Shown here: piece by piece, positions 45,993 through 58,999 of the stretch | Layout: every line of letters begins with the position of its first letter | Numbering within the stretch: the first letter of the stretch is position 1 | NCBI RefSeq assembly: GCF_018977255.1 | Contig: NW_024704743.1 | Location: forward strand, 15,688,001 to 15,752,000 | Direction of reading: 5' to 3' | Length of the DNA stretch: 64,000 nt | Origin: Callorhinchus milii | Taxonomy: Eukaryota | Translations under genes and position numbers: made by a program | The notes under the pieces: generated by a model | What the model was told of the DNA's origin: nothing | Seen by the model: the letters and a program-made list of their open reading frames with translations, nothing else | The model's database searches: none

Positions 45993-48900
45993 ATTAATAA
46001 ACTGCTCAGTGAGGCTTTTAGCAATGGTACCCAGAGGAGTGGGTGAAGCATTAAACCCCGGCATGGTCAGATTAATAAGGGGAGCGGTGGAGAAGGTGGT
46101 GGTTGGAGAAAGAGCATTGACAGAAATTTCACCATGAGTTTTGAATTTTCAAAAGAGTGATAAAACAATAATAAGGGGATGTAAAACAGCTCTAATCCCC
46201 GCCCTGCCAGTAAAAATGTGTTTATTTTTATGAATAATGTTGTCTGCTAGACACAGCTGCAGCCATGTCCTGAATGGGGCAGGACTCCAGCCTTGTGGAA
46301 TCACATTTATCAGGGGGTTCCTTTTATTTCATAACTTTTTAATCTGGCCAATAGTTTGTTGTGGAACCAGATGTCTGTTCTTCCCCTGTGTTCTTCCGCA
46401 GTGCTCTATGTTTCAGGTGTTTGTGTGTGTCTGTGTGCCGCTGGTGCCAAATTCAAATAGTTAAATAATATTACTACTGGCGACAAAGGAAAACAGCTGC
46501 GCCAATGCTAGTAACTGTTTCCATCAGCAGTAAGCCCTACCATCCGCCCACTGGTGAAGTCTTCCCACCGAGTCCAATTGTGCAGGATATGCAAAGAGAG
46601 AGAATAGATTAAGGAATCGAGTGCATGTCTGAAATCTGTCATTCTCGCATTTAGCAGGGGTTGGACACGCATGTGTTCCTGGGATATTAATGTGAATTTC
46701 ACCCCATTTCTATATAAATGTAAAGGGGGTGAAAATGTGGTACAATATTGTGATCACTTGTTGCATTTTTCACTCGAGCATTCACTGTAAGGTGATTGAG
46801 TACTGGAGTATTAAATCAACAATTGCTGCTTTGATTTTTGAGACTAGTGTATTGTTTGAACACATTTAAAGATCTTAAATCTTAATTGGAACAATAACAA
46901 AAAAAACTTTCATTCCAAAGGATTATAACGAAAAAGTCCAAAAATTAATAGGAAAAGAAGAATTGAAAATACTTAGCTAAAATAACTGTAAAAATGGTTC
47001 AGTACAAATCATCTGCTAATGACCTCAGGGTAGACTGACTATGCTCCACTGTGGAATGGGTGACTTGCAGTTAACTGAAGGATTTGCTTATTGACTTTCA
47101 CTTTAATCTGCTCTCTGTCACTATTCTAAGTCAGTGATTACTCAGTAACACACTGACAACCAATGCTGCATAAATGGTGAACTTGGGGCAAATGTGGACC
47201 TTCAATATATTTTCCAAATCTCCGGAGGTCTCAGTGGGTCTATGGTGTCTGCTGCAATACAGTCACATTTATTTTGCATGTTCCACTTACTTGCTCTTTC
47301 TGTTTGCTTAACACAGTATCAAATGCTGGGAGAGCCATGAATTGTTCCTTGAAGAATGCACTGTGTCACAGGAGTGAGCATTGGACTGAGCTTGGGGAAC
47401 TTGTTAATAAATGCTGCTGTGGCATTGTTGGAATGCAAGACTGCTGTACAGACAATCCCTTATAAGATGGTCTTGTAACCTCGAGCACCCCAACCAAATC
47501 ACTGAAACACAACTGTGCATCCTTGCTGTAACCTAATTAGGTATTGAGGAACAAGAAGGAAACTGGGCCCGTGGTTATTCCAATCAATTATGTACAGGAT
47601 GGCTACTTATCTTGGCATCAGCCCGGATTCTCTGTCATTATTGTGATATTTTGGCTCACATTTCATTCAGTAACAAACATAAGGAAGCAGGATATTCATT
47701 ATATCAATCCTGCACAGACCACATTGATCCTATCCTAATGTCCATCCCTTCATTCTCCTGAAGAAAAAGTCCACCCGGATCCTTCCTGCTCCCAAAAGGC
47801 AACAAAGCAAATGTACAGGATGACAGGGAACAAGATGTTCCTTCTCACCAAGGTCTCCCTGTAAGTTTACCCACCTTTAGAGAATCACCCCTATTTCCCA
47901 AATGTGGTCTCGCCAGTGTTACATACTGCCTTAGAATAACCTCTTTTGACCTTTAGTCAAATGTTCTCAAGATCTAACTTAACACTGAATTAACTGTGTC
48001 AGTAAGAACTTCATTGACTGGAAATAGTGATTTTATTTCCTCCCTAATGATACTTTTTTTCCTTCTTCAAGTCGCATTGCAAAGTGCCTCTGTACTCAGA
48101 TCCAGAAAAAAAAATTGTCTTTTATTTAAACTTGACGAGAAGGAAATATTTCATCCAGATGTGGGTGGTATTTGAGAGCTGTCTACCCAAAGCCAAATGA
48201 TATCCGAGTACATCCCAAGCTCCAGCAGTTGTTTTCCAGACGGTTCTCCTTTTCTATTTTGTCAGTTTGATATATTAAAATCTGCTTCTTTACTTGAGTT
48301 TGGTTTTGCCGCTCACATATGATAATAGTTAATTCCTACTCCAATAAATGATGTAATCGGTATCCTTTAAATGGCCACTGTAAAGTGTAACAGCTGAGCA
48401 ATGGTTGCATTCCCAGCATCTATCTCTGCTCCTCACTTCCTCTTAGGACACGCTAGACTTTTAAAGCAGCTTTACCAGTAACTTTCGTTGAAGCAACAAC
48501 AACTTGCATTGATATAGTGCCCAGTTTGGGTGCGAATCCAGGACTGCTAAGTGCTTTGTGACATCCACCCAAATGAAAGTCACTTTATAATGCTATATTC
48601 TTCTCATAGTGTGGAAATCAGTTGGACACTGTATTCAAAATGTGGCCTAGCCAAAGTTTTGTACAAATTCTATACTTGCGCTTTGCACAAAATGCTGCAT
48701 TTATCAGCGCATTCGATAATAATAACTGTAAAGTGCTTTGAGATTTTTGCCAAATAATGAGCTCTAAAGATATAAAGCTCTTTCTATCTATAATCAGCTG
48801 GAATGTGGAACAGGAACGACGTGCAACACGCATAGATCACATAGGGTGGTGAACTGCTTTGATTTTCAGTATGTTAGAAATTGAATGGAATATTTTAGCT

Positions 48901-49134
48901 TTCCTATCAATAGTTGTTCCAGCACTGGCCAGGAGGAGGCACCCCTCTCAGAAATGAGCAGGATATTAGTGCTTCTTCCCATCATGGAAATCATCATTTA
49001 CAAGGGGTGCTGCTTCGAGAAACCTGTCCTAGAGCTGACACAACTCACCCACTGAGGAGATACCGTCTCAACGAGAAGCAGCCCTGGACTTGCTATCCCG
49101 ACTTTTGAGTAGGAATCAATAATAATCTTAATAA

Positions 49135-49470
49135 TAATAATGATAATAGCTTGCATTTATATAGTGCTCCTCGTGCAGGGTAGCGTCCCAGAGAGCTTGA
49201 CATTGTCGGAGCCTGACACTGAGCCGGAGGGAGGTGATTGTAGGCACGGTCGAAGAGTAAGGTCTTCAGGTGAAGGAGGGGACAAGGTGGAGGGATAGAG
49301 GAAGAATGTTCCAGAGTTTCGGGGCATAGTGGCCGAAATTGCGGCCAATGATGGTGGAACAGGGGGCATGAGGGACAAGCAGGAGGTTGGAGCCAGTTAA
49401 GCGGAGGAAGCGGGTAATGGGTTGGGAATTAAGCAGGTCAGAGAGTAGGGAAGTGCCAGGGCATGTAGGG
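49135..49470 (-). mobile_element. L2 3' fragment
   Basis: Minus strand encodes LSDLL..., TIIGRNF..YAPKLWNILP; tail GCATTTATATAGTGC. Confidence 0.8.
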
Positions 49471-50134
49471 ATTATTGTCATGATAATTCGTGCATTTTTT
49501 AACAATGTCAGAACATCCAACAGTACTCACAGGAGATTTCTGTGAGGTGTAGTGACTGTGCATTTGTAAGCAAATGCGACAAATCAGTTTGTGCACAGCA
49601 ATGTCCCCCAAATCAGACCTACAACAGGCGAACTTGGCGTCTTGCTACATTTTAAGCAGCTCGACCCTAATCTAAAGATTCCCTAATTCATATAGTGGTT
49701 TTAAATAACCTAAAACCTTCTCTTTCCTGATAAAAAGTCTGGCAACGGGTTCATCAGATCGGAACTATGCAAAGAGTACGTAGTAATTACCCTCATGTGT
49801 CACTAATTACATTCAGGGTTTCATGTGATGTCGTGTCGGCAGGCTGCGGTACAGTGGAATCACACTATTAAGGGCAGTTAACAGACGTGCTTATTTTAAT
49901 ATAATAAAAAATTTGGTCACGGTCAGTTCTAATGATACAAAATAACAGCTGTGAGAAAGTGGTCTGACAGTGATTTGCTCTCTGGTATTGAGGTTTTGAA
50001 TTGACAAGTTTAGTAGGAGAATATTTTGATGGAAACAGCTCAGTATAATTTCAATGAGAACAGGTCAGCATAATTTCAGGGAGAACACATTAGTATACTT
50101 TCAGTGAGTGTTTTTCAGTGAGAAGAGCACACTG

Positions 50135-50470
50135 CATGCAAGGCCTTATTTTGTCGTTGAGACGTCTCAAAGCGCTTCATAGACTATATTATAGAATGGA
50201 TTGACTATGTATTTTGTGGGTGAAATGCGGCAGCCAATTGCACATAGCAGTATCCCACAAACAGTTGTGGATTGAGTAACCATATTTTTTTTTGGAGGGA
50301 TTATTACCCCCGAAAAGCAATCTGAAATTGAGGAACAACCAAGTTTTCCTACTTACTACTAGGTAAACAGAGGTGTGTGGAGTATGGAAACTTGCCTAAG
50401 ATTTCGCCTGGGAATCGAACCCTGGTCTTCTTATTTCTGAGGGGAGTGCTCTAACCACTACGCGACAGGA
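50135..50470 (-). mobile_element. SINE family A, near full length
   Basis: Tail, middle and head (GGGAATCGAACCCTGG...GCTCTAACCACTA). Confidence 0.9.
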
Positions 50471-50734
50471 TTTTAGAGGAGAAGAGGTGCTTTCCCTCTT
50501 CCCTTCTTTTTGTAAGTCTACTACAAAGAAAGCAGTGAACACAGTCATTTCTAGAATTCTAGGAGTTGTCTGACATGAATCTCACCTCTCACTGCAGCAA
50601 GACAATTTAAAAATGCTGCCAATCGGGGGAAATTAGGAATTAGGCTCAATCGCTGTTTAAAGCATGATTTGGAATGAGGTTCTATTATTTGCAAATTGAT
50701 CAGTGGATAGTGAATGCTGCAGATGCAATTTTAT

Positions 50735-50912
50735 CAATTGGTCACTCAATCCACAACTGCTTCTGTGACACTATTGTGCGCAATTAGCTGTTGCGTTTCG
50801 CCCTCAAAATATGTAGTCAATTCACGTTACAGTAAATTCTGTGAACCGCTTTGAGACGTCCTGAAGACGTGATAAGGCGCTATATCAAATGCAGGGAATA
50901 TTATTATTATTA
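50735..50912 (+). mobile_element. SINE family A, 3' half
   Basis: GGTCACTCAATCCAC through the tail. Confidence 0.88.
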
Positions 50913-51723
50913 GATACCTAGATGTATCTCAGGCCGTTCTGCTGGAACTCACTATTAACTAATTAACTTGCTCTTGCACCCCTCTCCAGCCTCCGCACTC
51001 CCCCCACCCCCATTGTACGTCTCAATGATGTATTGTCAATGCAGGGATTTGTGAGCAGTGGAGAACAGATCCTTGATGCCACAATAATTGATTTTACAGC
51101 AGGCATCTACCCTTGGCATTTTAAGGAACTCAAACTGCAGCGCAACTATATATGGTATAAATCTGAACTTTTTCTCAAAGGCAGCGAGGTATGTGTATTT
51201 TTCTGGAATTTCCAAGCTATGTCAATGCTGTCAGAGATCTGGTTCAGAGTTGAACAAAAGAATACATTGTGTAAAATTATTCCGAGGTTATGAACAGACA
51301 GGCTGAAACCCAGAATATAATTTTGGCTGCGATCGTGAGACAATGATGTCAACCTTTCTTTTATATGTGCCTAACTTCCTTTGTACAGCTTAGAAAGCCC
51401 TAGCTGTTCATTCCTGTATCCGGGATCACTAGTTTTGTGAATGCTCTGTAAATTTGGGGGCTGCTATTTTCTGGCTTGCTCTGAGCACGCATGTAGTAAT
51501 ACAAAATTTCTATGCTGTTATTGGGTCTACTTTATGATATTTTGCAACACCTTTCTTAATAAGAAATGCAGTAACCGGATTGCATTTCTTTTTAAGAAAT
51601 CTGTTAAGAAACCCCGCAAAATGGACCCCAACTTTTTTGATGTAGACACAAATCATTTACTGTCATTAAATTTTAAGTGAAGTGCAACCAGCAAAATCTA
51701 GATTCCTTCTTAAACAACCTGTG

Positions 51724-51935
51724 GAGTTCTATCGCGTAAAGGTTAGAGCACTCGCCTTGCAAGTGCTGGCAAGCAATCGCCTCGCGAAGACCCGGGTTTG
51801 ATTCCCGGGCGGGGTGATATTTTAGGCAAGTTTCCTTTCTCCACATATCTTGTTTACCTAGCAGTAAGTTGGAATTGTTTGAGGGTAATAATCCCTAAAA
51901 AAAAGATTTGAGGGTGATAATCCCTAAAAAAAATG
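51724..51935 (+). mobile_element. SINE family A, 5' half
   Basis: GGTTAGAGCACTCGCC, GGGTTTGATTCCCGGGCGGG and the CORE-like segment; local 29-bp duplication at the end. Confidence 0.8.
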
Positions 51936-52859
51936 CATTCTAGATGTGTTTATCAGTGAACAATGTCTGGGACTTTAACACAATCTCAGCACTGACAATA
52001 AAACATTCTGGGCTGAAAATTTTAACTTCTGACATGATATTTATTGCCTGGCTAGGTTATATTTGTTGATTGATCATTTATTTTTTGGCTGTTTATGGGA
52101 CATTGAACATCCTCCCAAAGTGAAAGGCGCTATATCAAATGCAAGGATCATTATAATAATTATCACTTGCAGACTTATAACAGGATGAGACCAACGTGCG
52201 TCAGTCATGTTGACTATATTTAATGATTGGTTGCAATGAAAACCAGAACGAAAAAAATGCAGTAAGACAGTAAATAATTATCTTAACCACGGATCTGGTG
52301 AAGCAACCCTGTGGTCAGAAGCAACATTGGTGGTTGCCAGACCTTTTGGCCAGCTTCAGGCGCTATATAACATTGTGCCAAAGTTGTGGGGTTGGGAGGT
52401 AGAGTGTCAACACGCTGATGGACCAGTCAATAACAATAACAATAACTGTTTGACCACATTTTTTGTCAATGTCATAATAACACCAGTGCTAATGAACATG
52501 TTGCAAGTTTCAATTATGTAATAGTTAACAGTTTGCTGACAGAGACTTCCGACTTTACTGTCATGCAAAAACCTATTCCAATGTATGATGATACAAAAGT
52601 ACTTTTGTTTTTGAGGTGTTTACTCAAAATGTTGTGGTGATCGCTTAGATAAATGAACTTGTGCTGTATATGAACTTGTTTTTATTTCAGAGACAATCAT
52701 AAGGGAAAGGCACCAAGTTACCAGACAGGGAGGTTGAGGCCAGGGTGTTGGACTCCTTAAAAACAAAGCAGCTTGTTGCTGTGATGGGAGGACGGTAGGA
52801 TGGGTATTCTGAAATGGGCCAAAGAGCCTTCTTCATTCAGAAACAGATTTGCTGTGTAC

Positions 52860-55178
52860 TAGCCTTGCTCAGTTGGTAGCACTCTCACCTCTGAGTCAAA
52901 AGTTTGTCAGTTCTGAGTTTACAGACTAGCCTTTAAAGTGCTTTGAGATGTCCTCCTGACACGGATAATAATAATCCTTTTGATATAGGGCTTTTCACAT
53001 CTTCTAGACATCTCAAAGTGCTTCACAGAATAGACTGTAAAGTGTAGTGATGGTCTATTTTGTGGGCTAAATGCGGCAGCCAATTGCGCACAGCGACGTT
53101 CCCACAAACAGTTGTGGATTGAAGTGACCAATTTTTTTTATTATTGTTTTTTTTGAAAGGCGCTAAGTAAATTGTTTTGTATTGTATTGACACTCCAGTG
53201 CAGTGCTGGGGATGTGCTGTATTGTCAGAGGTGTCTGATTATTATTATAATCCTTCAGAACAGACGTTGAATCAAGGTCCTGTCTGGCTGTAAAGGTGGG
53301 GGTTAAAGATCCCATGGCACGATTTGAAAAGAGAAGATAATTTCTGCCAATGCCCAAGCCAGCATTCCCCTGAATAAAACTGATCACTTCATGCTGTTTG
53401 TGGGACATTGCTATGTAAACATCAGTTGCTGCATTTGTCTATAAAATGAACTATAGTCACTATATTTCCCCATCCTCCATTCCTTCTGCCCCATCTCTCC
53501 CTCCTCCCTCTCACCCACCATCACCTCCATGAAACCCACCACCTGCTGTCTCGACCCCCTCCCCACCAACTCGCTGGTGATTCAGCTCCCCCTCCTCTGC
53601 CCACTACTGGCTGAAGTCATCAACCAGTCCCTCTCCTCCGGATCAGTCCCTGTCCCCTTCAAAACTGCTGTCATCAACCCCCTCCTAAAGAAACCTTCCC
53701 TAGATCCCTCAAACCCCAGCTACTACCGTCCCATTTCTAACCTGCCCTTCCTCGCAAAAGTCCAAGAACGCTTTGTTGCCGGTCAACTTCGCCCACACCT
53801 CTCCTCCCACTCCCTCTTCGAACCCCTCCAGTCTGGTTTCCGCCCTGCTCACAGTACAGAGACTGTGCTTGTGAAAGTCACAAATGACATCCTCTCTATC
53901 TGTGACCAGGGCTCCCTCTGCCTCCTTGTCCTCCTGGACCCTTCCGCGGCGTTCGACACAGTCGATCACGCCATCCTCCTCCACAGACTTTCCACCGTCA
54001 TTCACCTCAGTGGGACCGCACTCGCCTGGTTCGAATCCTACCTCACAAACAGCCAGCAGTACATCTGCACAAACAGCTTCTCCTCCCACTCTCACCCGGT
54101 CACCTGTGGGGTACCCCAAGGATCCATCCTTGGCCCCCTCCTCTTTCTGAGGGAGTGGAGGGCGCTATATAAATCCAAGCTGATGTTGTTGTTGTTGACC
54201 CACAGTCCCTTGATGTTCTGTCAGATCTCAGGGTCTGGATGAGCGCAAATTTCCTTCAGCTGAACGTTGACAAGACGGAAGCCATACTCTTTGGCTCTCT
54301 AAAATCATTTAAAATCTCACGGCTCTCACCTCTTCCACCTACCCGACCTCCCCCTAAAACTCTCCAAATCCGTACGCAACCAAGGCATCAGGTTCGACCC
54401 CCAATTATCCTTCCTCCCCCACATCCAGTCCCTCACCAGCACCGTCTTCTTCCACCTCCAACGCGTTGCCTGCCTCCGCCAATACCTCTCTCCGAAAGCC
54501 GCTGAAACTCTGGTCCATTGCCTTTGTCACCTCTCGGCTGGACTACTCTAATGCCCTCCTCGCCGGTCTCCCATCCACTACCTTCCATAAAATCCAGATC
54601 ATTCAAAACTCTGCCGCCCGCATTCTCACCCGCACCAACTCTGCTCCCCAATCACCCCAGTCCTTGCCAGACTGCATTGGCTGCCTGTCCCAGTGAGGAT
54701 CGACTTCAAGATCCTCACCCTTATATTCAAATCCCTCCACTCCTCCACACCCCCCTACCTCTCTGACCTCTCTCATCAAAACAGCACCCGTTGCCTTTAT
54801 TCCTCCAGGTCTGGCCTCCTCCTTGTCCCCTGAGTCCTCCATCCCACCCTCGGCGGCCGTGCCTTCAGCCACATGCCCCGAGGCTCTGGAACTCCCTTCC
54901 TCACTCCTTTCACCTCACCCCCTCTCTTCCTATTTTCAGGTCTCTGCTGAAGACTTTTCTCTTCGACCGCGCCTTTGGTCACCTTCCTCCCCATCCCCCT
55001 GGCTCGGCGCCGGGATCCATTACTGTAAAGTGCTCTGAGACTCTGTCCAGCGTGGAGGGCACTATATAAATGCAAGTTTTTATTGTTGTTGTATATTTCA
55101 CAATAAATCCCGTGAAGCCCTTTCAGATGTCTTGACGTGGAAGGCACTATATGTAATGTAATGATATTATTATTATTC
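52860..55178 (+). mobile_element. Deu-domain SINE family B host, fragmented by nested insertions
   Basis: Head 52860-52915, Deu body 53190-53468, tail 55092-55178; contains an inverted family A fragment (52966-53160) and an L2 (53469-55091). Confidence 0.75.
53469..55091 (+). mobile_element. L2 LINE, 5'-truncated; RT N-terminal half open (53529-54146), YADD region missing
   Basis: YRPISNLPFLAKV, QSGFRPAHSTET, DPSAAFDTVDH and GVPQGSILGPLLF; (TTG)n tail; 8-bp TSD TATATTTC at 53461-53468 and 55092-55099. Confidence 0.95.
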
Positions 55179-55747
55179 AAACCTTATCTGTTGGGTCCTA
55201 CATTCTCATAGCTTCTCATAGTGTACAGGCAGTCTTAGAGATGGATGAGACCAAGGTACTTCAATCATGCTGACCATACTTAATTACAGCACTGATGGCA
55301 ATGACAACCAGACTGAACGTAGTGGAGTGGGTGGAAGTTTTCAGGGGGAGTTAAATTCTTGAATAAATGGATGCCACGTTTTTTGGCCACTGAGATTTCT
55401 AACTGGCTGTCACTAGAAATGACCATCTGTTGCTGGTTAGGAACTGACTGGGTGGCAGCCTTAATTACAATTCATCGTGCAACTAAATGAGTATCATTGG
55501 CTCAGTCATGCCCTGAAGATGTTAATCTTTTCATTCTAGATATATAGTATGCGTTTAATGTGTTTTCATATAAACTACTGTGCTATGCCGTTTGCCTGCT
55601 GTGGCACCATTCAGTGGAGGTCAATATCATACTTTTTGAGTATCGTACGTAATAAATCTTTTCTTTGGGGATTGATGGCCAGAACACCAGGAGAAACTCA
55701 CTTCTCTTTATGAATCGTCCCACCCTACCTCTGCAACCTCCTTCATC

Positions 55748-56150
55748 CTTCCCGGGTGGGGCGAAACCTTAGGCAACTTTCCTTTCTCCAATCGCCTCTG
55801 TTTACCTAGCTGTAAGTAGGAACCCAGTTTTTAGTTCATTAGCAGATCGTTTTCTGGGGATAATAATCCCTTAAAAATATAATAATTTGGTCACTCAATC
55901 CGTGACTTTTCTGGGACTCTGCTGTGTGCAATTGGCTGCTGCATTTCACCCACAAGATACAGTCAATCCACTTTACAGTAGATTCTGTGAAGTGCTTTGT
56001 GGTGCATTTGTGGGACACTGCTCTGCATGATTGGCTGCCGGGTTTCACCCACAAAATATGCAGTCAATCCACTTTACAATATATTTTGTGAACCTCTTTT
56101 AGATGCCTCAATGACATCATAAGGCGCTATATTAAATGGAAGGATTATTA
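55748..56150 (+). mobile_element. SINE family A with a duplicated 3' module
   Basis: The segment TGGGAC..GCTG..ATTGGCTGC..TTTCACCCACAA..CAGTCAATCCACTTTACA..GTGAA occurs twice (~55910 and ~56007). Confidence 0.85.
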
Positions 56151-56470
56151 CCAACCTGGCTGTTCCCTTCATGCAGCTGACACGTGCTATTCCACATCCT
56201 CCGCTTTATCTACCCCACCATTGTTGGGTGGGCTTTCATTCAATTGACATCCGTTTTCTGGATCTCTATTCCCAGCTCACTCCAACTTGCTCCCTCTCTT
56301 CCCTCTTTCAAGGTCAGTCTTAAAACATACCTATTTGACCATGCGTTCAGTCATCCTTCCCATTCTCACCCTCCTCAGCTCCCGCACTCAGCTATGGTGC
56401 GCAGCCAGAACTGTCAAGTGCTTTAGGATGTGCCACCGAAGTGAAAGGCTGGAAAGTGTAAATCTTATAT
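56150..56470 (+). mobile_element. Old L2 3' fragment
   Basis: PTIVGWAF...SLPSFKVSLKTYLFDHAF plus tail. Confidence 0.8.
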
Positions 56471-57014
56471 TTTAGATAATTGTATTGTAAATTGTATTGC
56501 ATAATGCCATGGGATCTTCAATGTTGATCTGAACAGGCAGACGTAAGACGCCAGCTAAAAAATGCAGCCCCCCCACCCCAGCTCTCCACTGGGGTGTCAG
56601 GCTAGACTATGAGCTATGACATGGGTCTTGAACCAATGACACAATTCATTATCTGTGTTTGACTCCCTCTCATGAGGGGTTGGCTGGAAGTGCAGGTTCC
56701 CACAGGATGTGTGACACCTCAGGGTGGATGATTGTCGGCTGAAGTTGGATCTGTAAATTTATTCAATGGAAATCAGTTCACTGGTGACAGTGAGGGGGTT
56801 GTGGTGAGAAAGGGAGCTGTAAGGGATAATGACAATAAACCCCTTCAGACCAGGGGTTTATGATCATCATCACTAGAAAGGTGCAAAGAACGCAACTCCA
56901 TCAAAGCTGTGCTGAGCCACAGGGCTAGAGTGAGCTTCTGCATTGTCTCCAACTCTGCTGCTAGTGCTGACAATGCATTTCTCAGACCCTGTTTTTTTTT
57001 TAATCTTGAAATCT

Positions 57015-57160
57015 TATGTGTTGAATATTAAAGCCTATAGGGAGTGCAATAGGAGAGTGGGATTAGACTACAGAAGTTGGCTCATAACACTAGCTCAAAC
57101 TTTGATGGGGTTAAAAGTCCTGTTTCTGTGCTGTAACATTCTCCAACTGCATGATTCTTA
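57015..57160 (+). mobile_element. Old CR1 3' end
   Basis: GAGTGGGATTAG...GATGGGGTTAAAAGTCCTGTTTCTGTGCTGTAACATTCT. Confidence 0.6.
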
Positions 57161-57667
57161 CGCAATGTTAATTTCAGTGCCCAAATGATGGAGAAATGAG
57201 CTCTATTCCAGTTGCTTTATAATCAGAGCAATTCCTAGCACATTATATGTACTTCTCACCTGTTATACCAAGCACATTTACCTTATGGTCGAAGTGGAAT
57301 ACATTGCTGTTTCACTTGGAATCTAAGTGTAGAATGATTTCATACAGTATTAACATTAGCAAGACCAGACCCAGTTGACGCAGTCTGTATATTGAATTAC
57401 CATTCAATGACATGCAATGTGGTTTTCTTCAGCGTAGATACAGTAGTCACTGGAGAATTGTATTAGACTAGATGTCTTGGACTGTTAGGTGATCCAAACC
57501 GAATGCAGAAGTAAATATGAGGAACAGTACAGTTACCACCACTCATTCCTTATAGTTGCCAGGCAGTTAGTCAGAGCTGCAATGAAAGGCACGTGGTACA
57601 AAGTCAGAAAAACAATTCCCTTAGGTGATGAGTTGAAGTACAGAGTACTGTGCCATAGAGGGAATTA

Positions 57668-58060
57668 GGAGTTCGGCAACTCAATGGTTAGAGCACTGGG
57701 CTCGCACGCCAGAGACCTGGGTTCGATTCCCGGCAAGGCGAAATGATGGGCACGTTTCCTTACTCCACGCGCCTGGCTCTGGAACTCTATCCCCCAGTGC
57801 CTTCGCCTTGCCTCCTCCTTTTCCTCCTTCAAGGCCGGTCTCAAGACCTTTCTCTTTGACCGTGCCTTCAGCTCCCCTCTCGACTCTCTACCCCCTCCTC
57901 GCTCCCTCCCTTCCCTCCCCTCACCCTGACCATTTCCCCCCCAATGCTCGGGTCCTGACCCAACTGTACAGCGCCTTGGGACGTCCTCCCGAGGTGAAAG
58001 GCGCTCTATAAATGGAATCTTATTGTTGTTGTTGTTTACCTAGCTGTAAATAGGAAGTAG
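57668..58060 (+). mobile_element. SINE family A 5' half with an L2 3' fragment (~57775-58033) inserted in its CORE-like segment
   Basis: SINE ...CTCCACGCGCCT | L2 ...(TTG)n | TTTACCTAGCTGTAAATAGG, where the SINE resumes. Confidence 0.85.
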
Positions 58061-58149
58061 TTATATTGCAGAATTACATGTATTACACCTGTCTCTTTGG
58101 ATGGAGCTAAGTGGGATCTCCTCGAGGCAGTAGAACTGGCTTCAAACTG

Positions 58150-58668
58150 ACATGCCAAGCAATAAAAGATCAGAATCGAGTGGATCCTCTGTGGCTAGTC
58201 CACAGGCAGGTCTGCAGTATTGCAAGGCACTGTGGATGATGAACCAGCCAGCCTGGCTTGTTGAGTGACCTGGAGGAGCAGCCCATTTACTGGGGGTTGG
58301 GATTCCTCCCATTCAGCTCCTGTTAACTTTGCAAGCCAAAAGTCTTATAGATAGGGTGGTACTAGCTAGAAATAAGTGAAAAGCTTGCCAGACAGGGTTC
58401 ACAATGGCAAGTAATGGTTTTAGCTGGGTAAACTTCAGCAGCACCCCAACACACGCTCTGGGGTCCCCAAGCCTTGGCGCTTGCCAACCCGTGACTAAAC
58501 TCTCTGTGGTTAAGAGATCAGGATGCATCTCTCCGAGGTGAGAGTGCACACACCATACCATAAATGTAACCTATACATATGTGGATCCCTCAGTAGTCTG
58601 GATTGGAAACTCTCAAATCTGCTGATGGGTTTCCACATGTGTGAGACACTCAGCTGATCAAAACAAAC
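58150..58668 (+). repeat. Unclassified repeat family X
   Basis: TGCAGTATTGCAAGGCACTG, CCAGCCAGCCTGGCT, CAGCTCCTGTTAAC, CAATGGCAAG; 3' end GATGGGTTTCCACATGTGTGAGACACTCAGCTGATCAAAACAAA. Confidence 0.7.
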
Positions 58669-58999
58669 TCGCACATTCTTCCCAACACCCACCGCCCCAC
58701 ACTTGCACACGCAGACACTAAATTCTTACTCTCAGTTATGTTGTGGAGAGGTACTTCTCCAGAACAGCTGTATTCAGCAGCATTGACAGATGGTGCATAA
58801 CATAAGGGAACATACAGAATGAGGAATGGGTAATGATAGGAAGAGGGAGTCCTCAATTAATAAAAGGACAGTTATGACTGATCAGGTTCTGGTTTAGATT
58901 TATACCTTTATGATTGCTATTGCTCTTCACCCGCTGTGTAAACACTGTTTGCTAAAAAAATGGATGAAGAACAAACACTATAGTTTAGCACCCAGGGGA

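Noticed and set aside
53529..54242. Functional or domesticated reverse transcriptase
   Set aside because: 5'-truncated, with no endonuclease domain, YADD deleted and downstream frameshifts.
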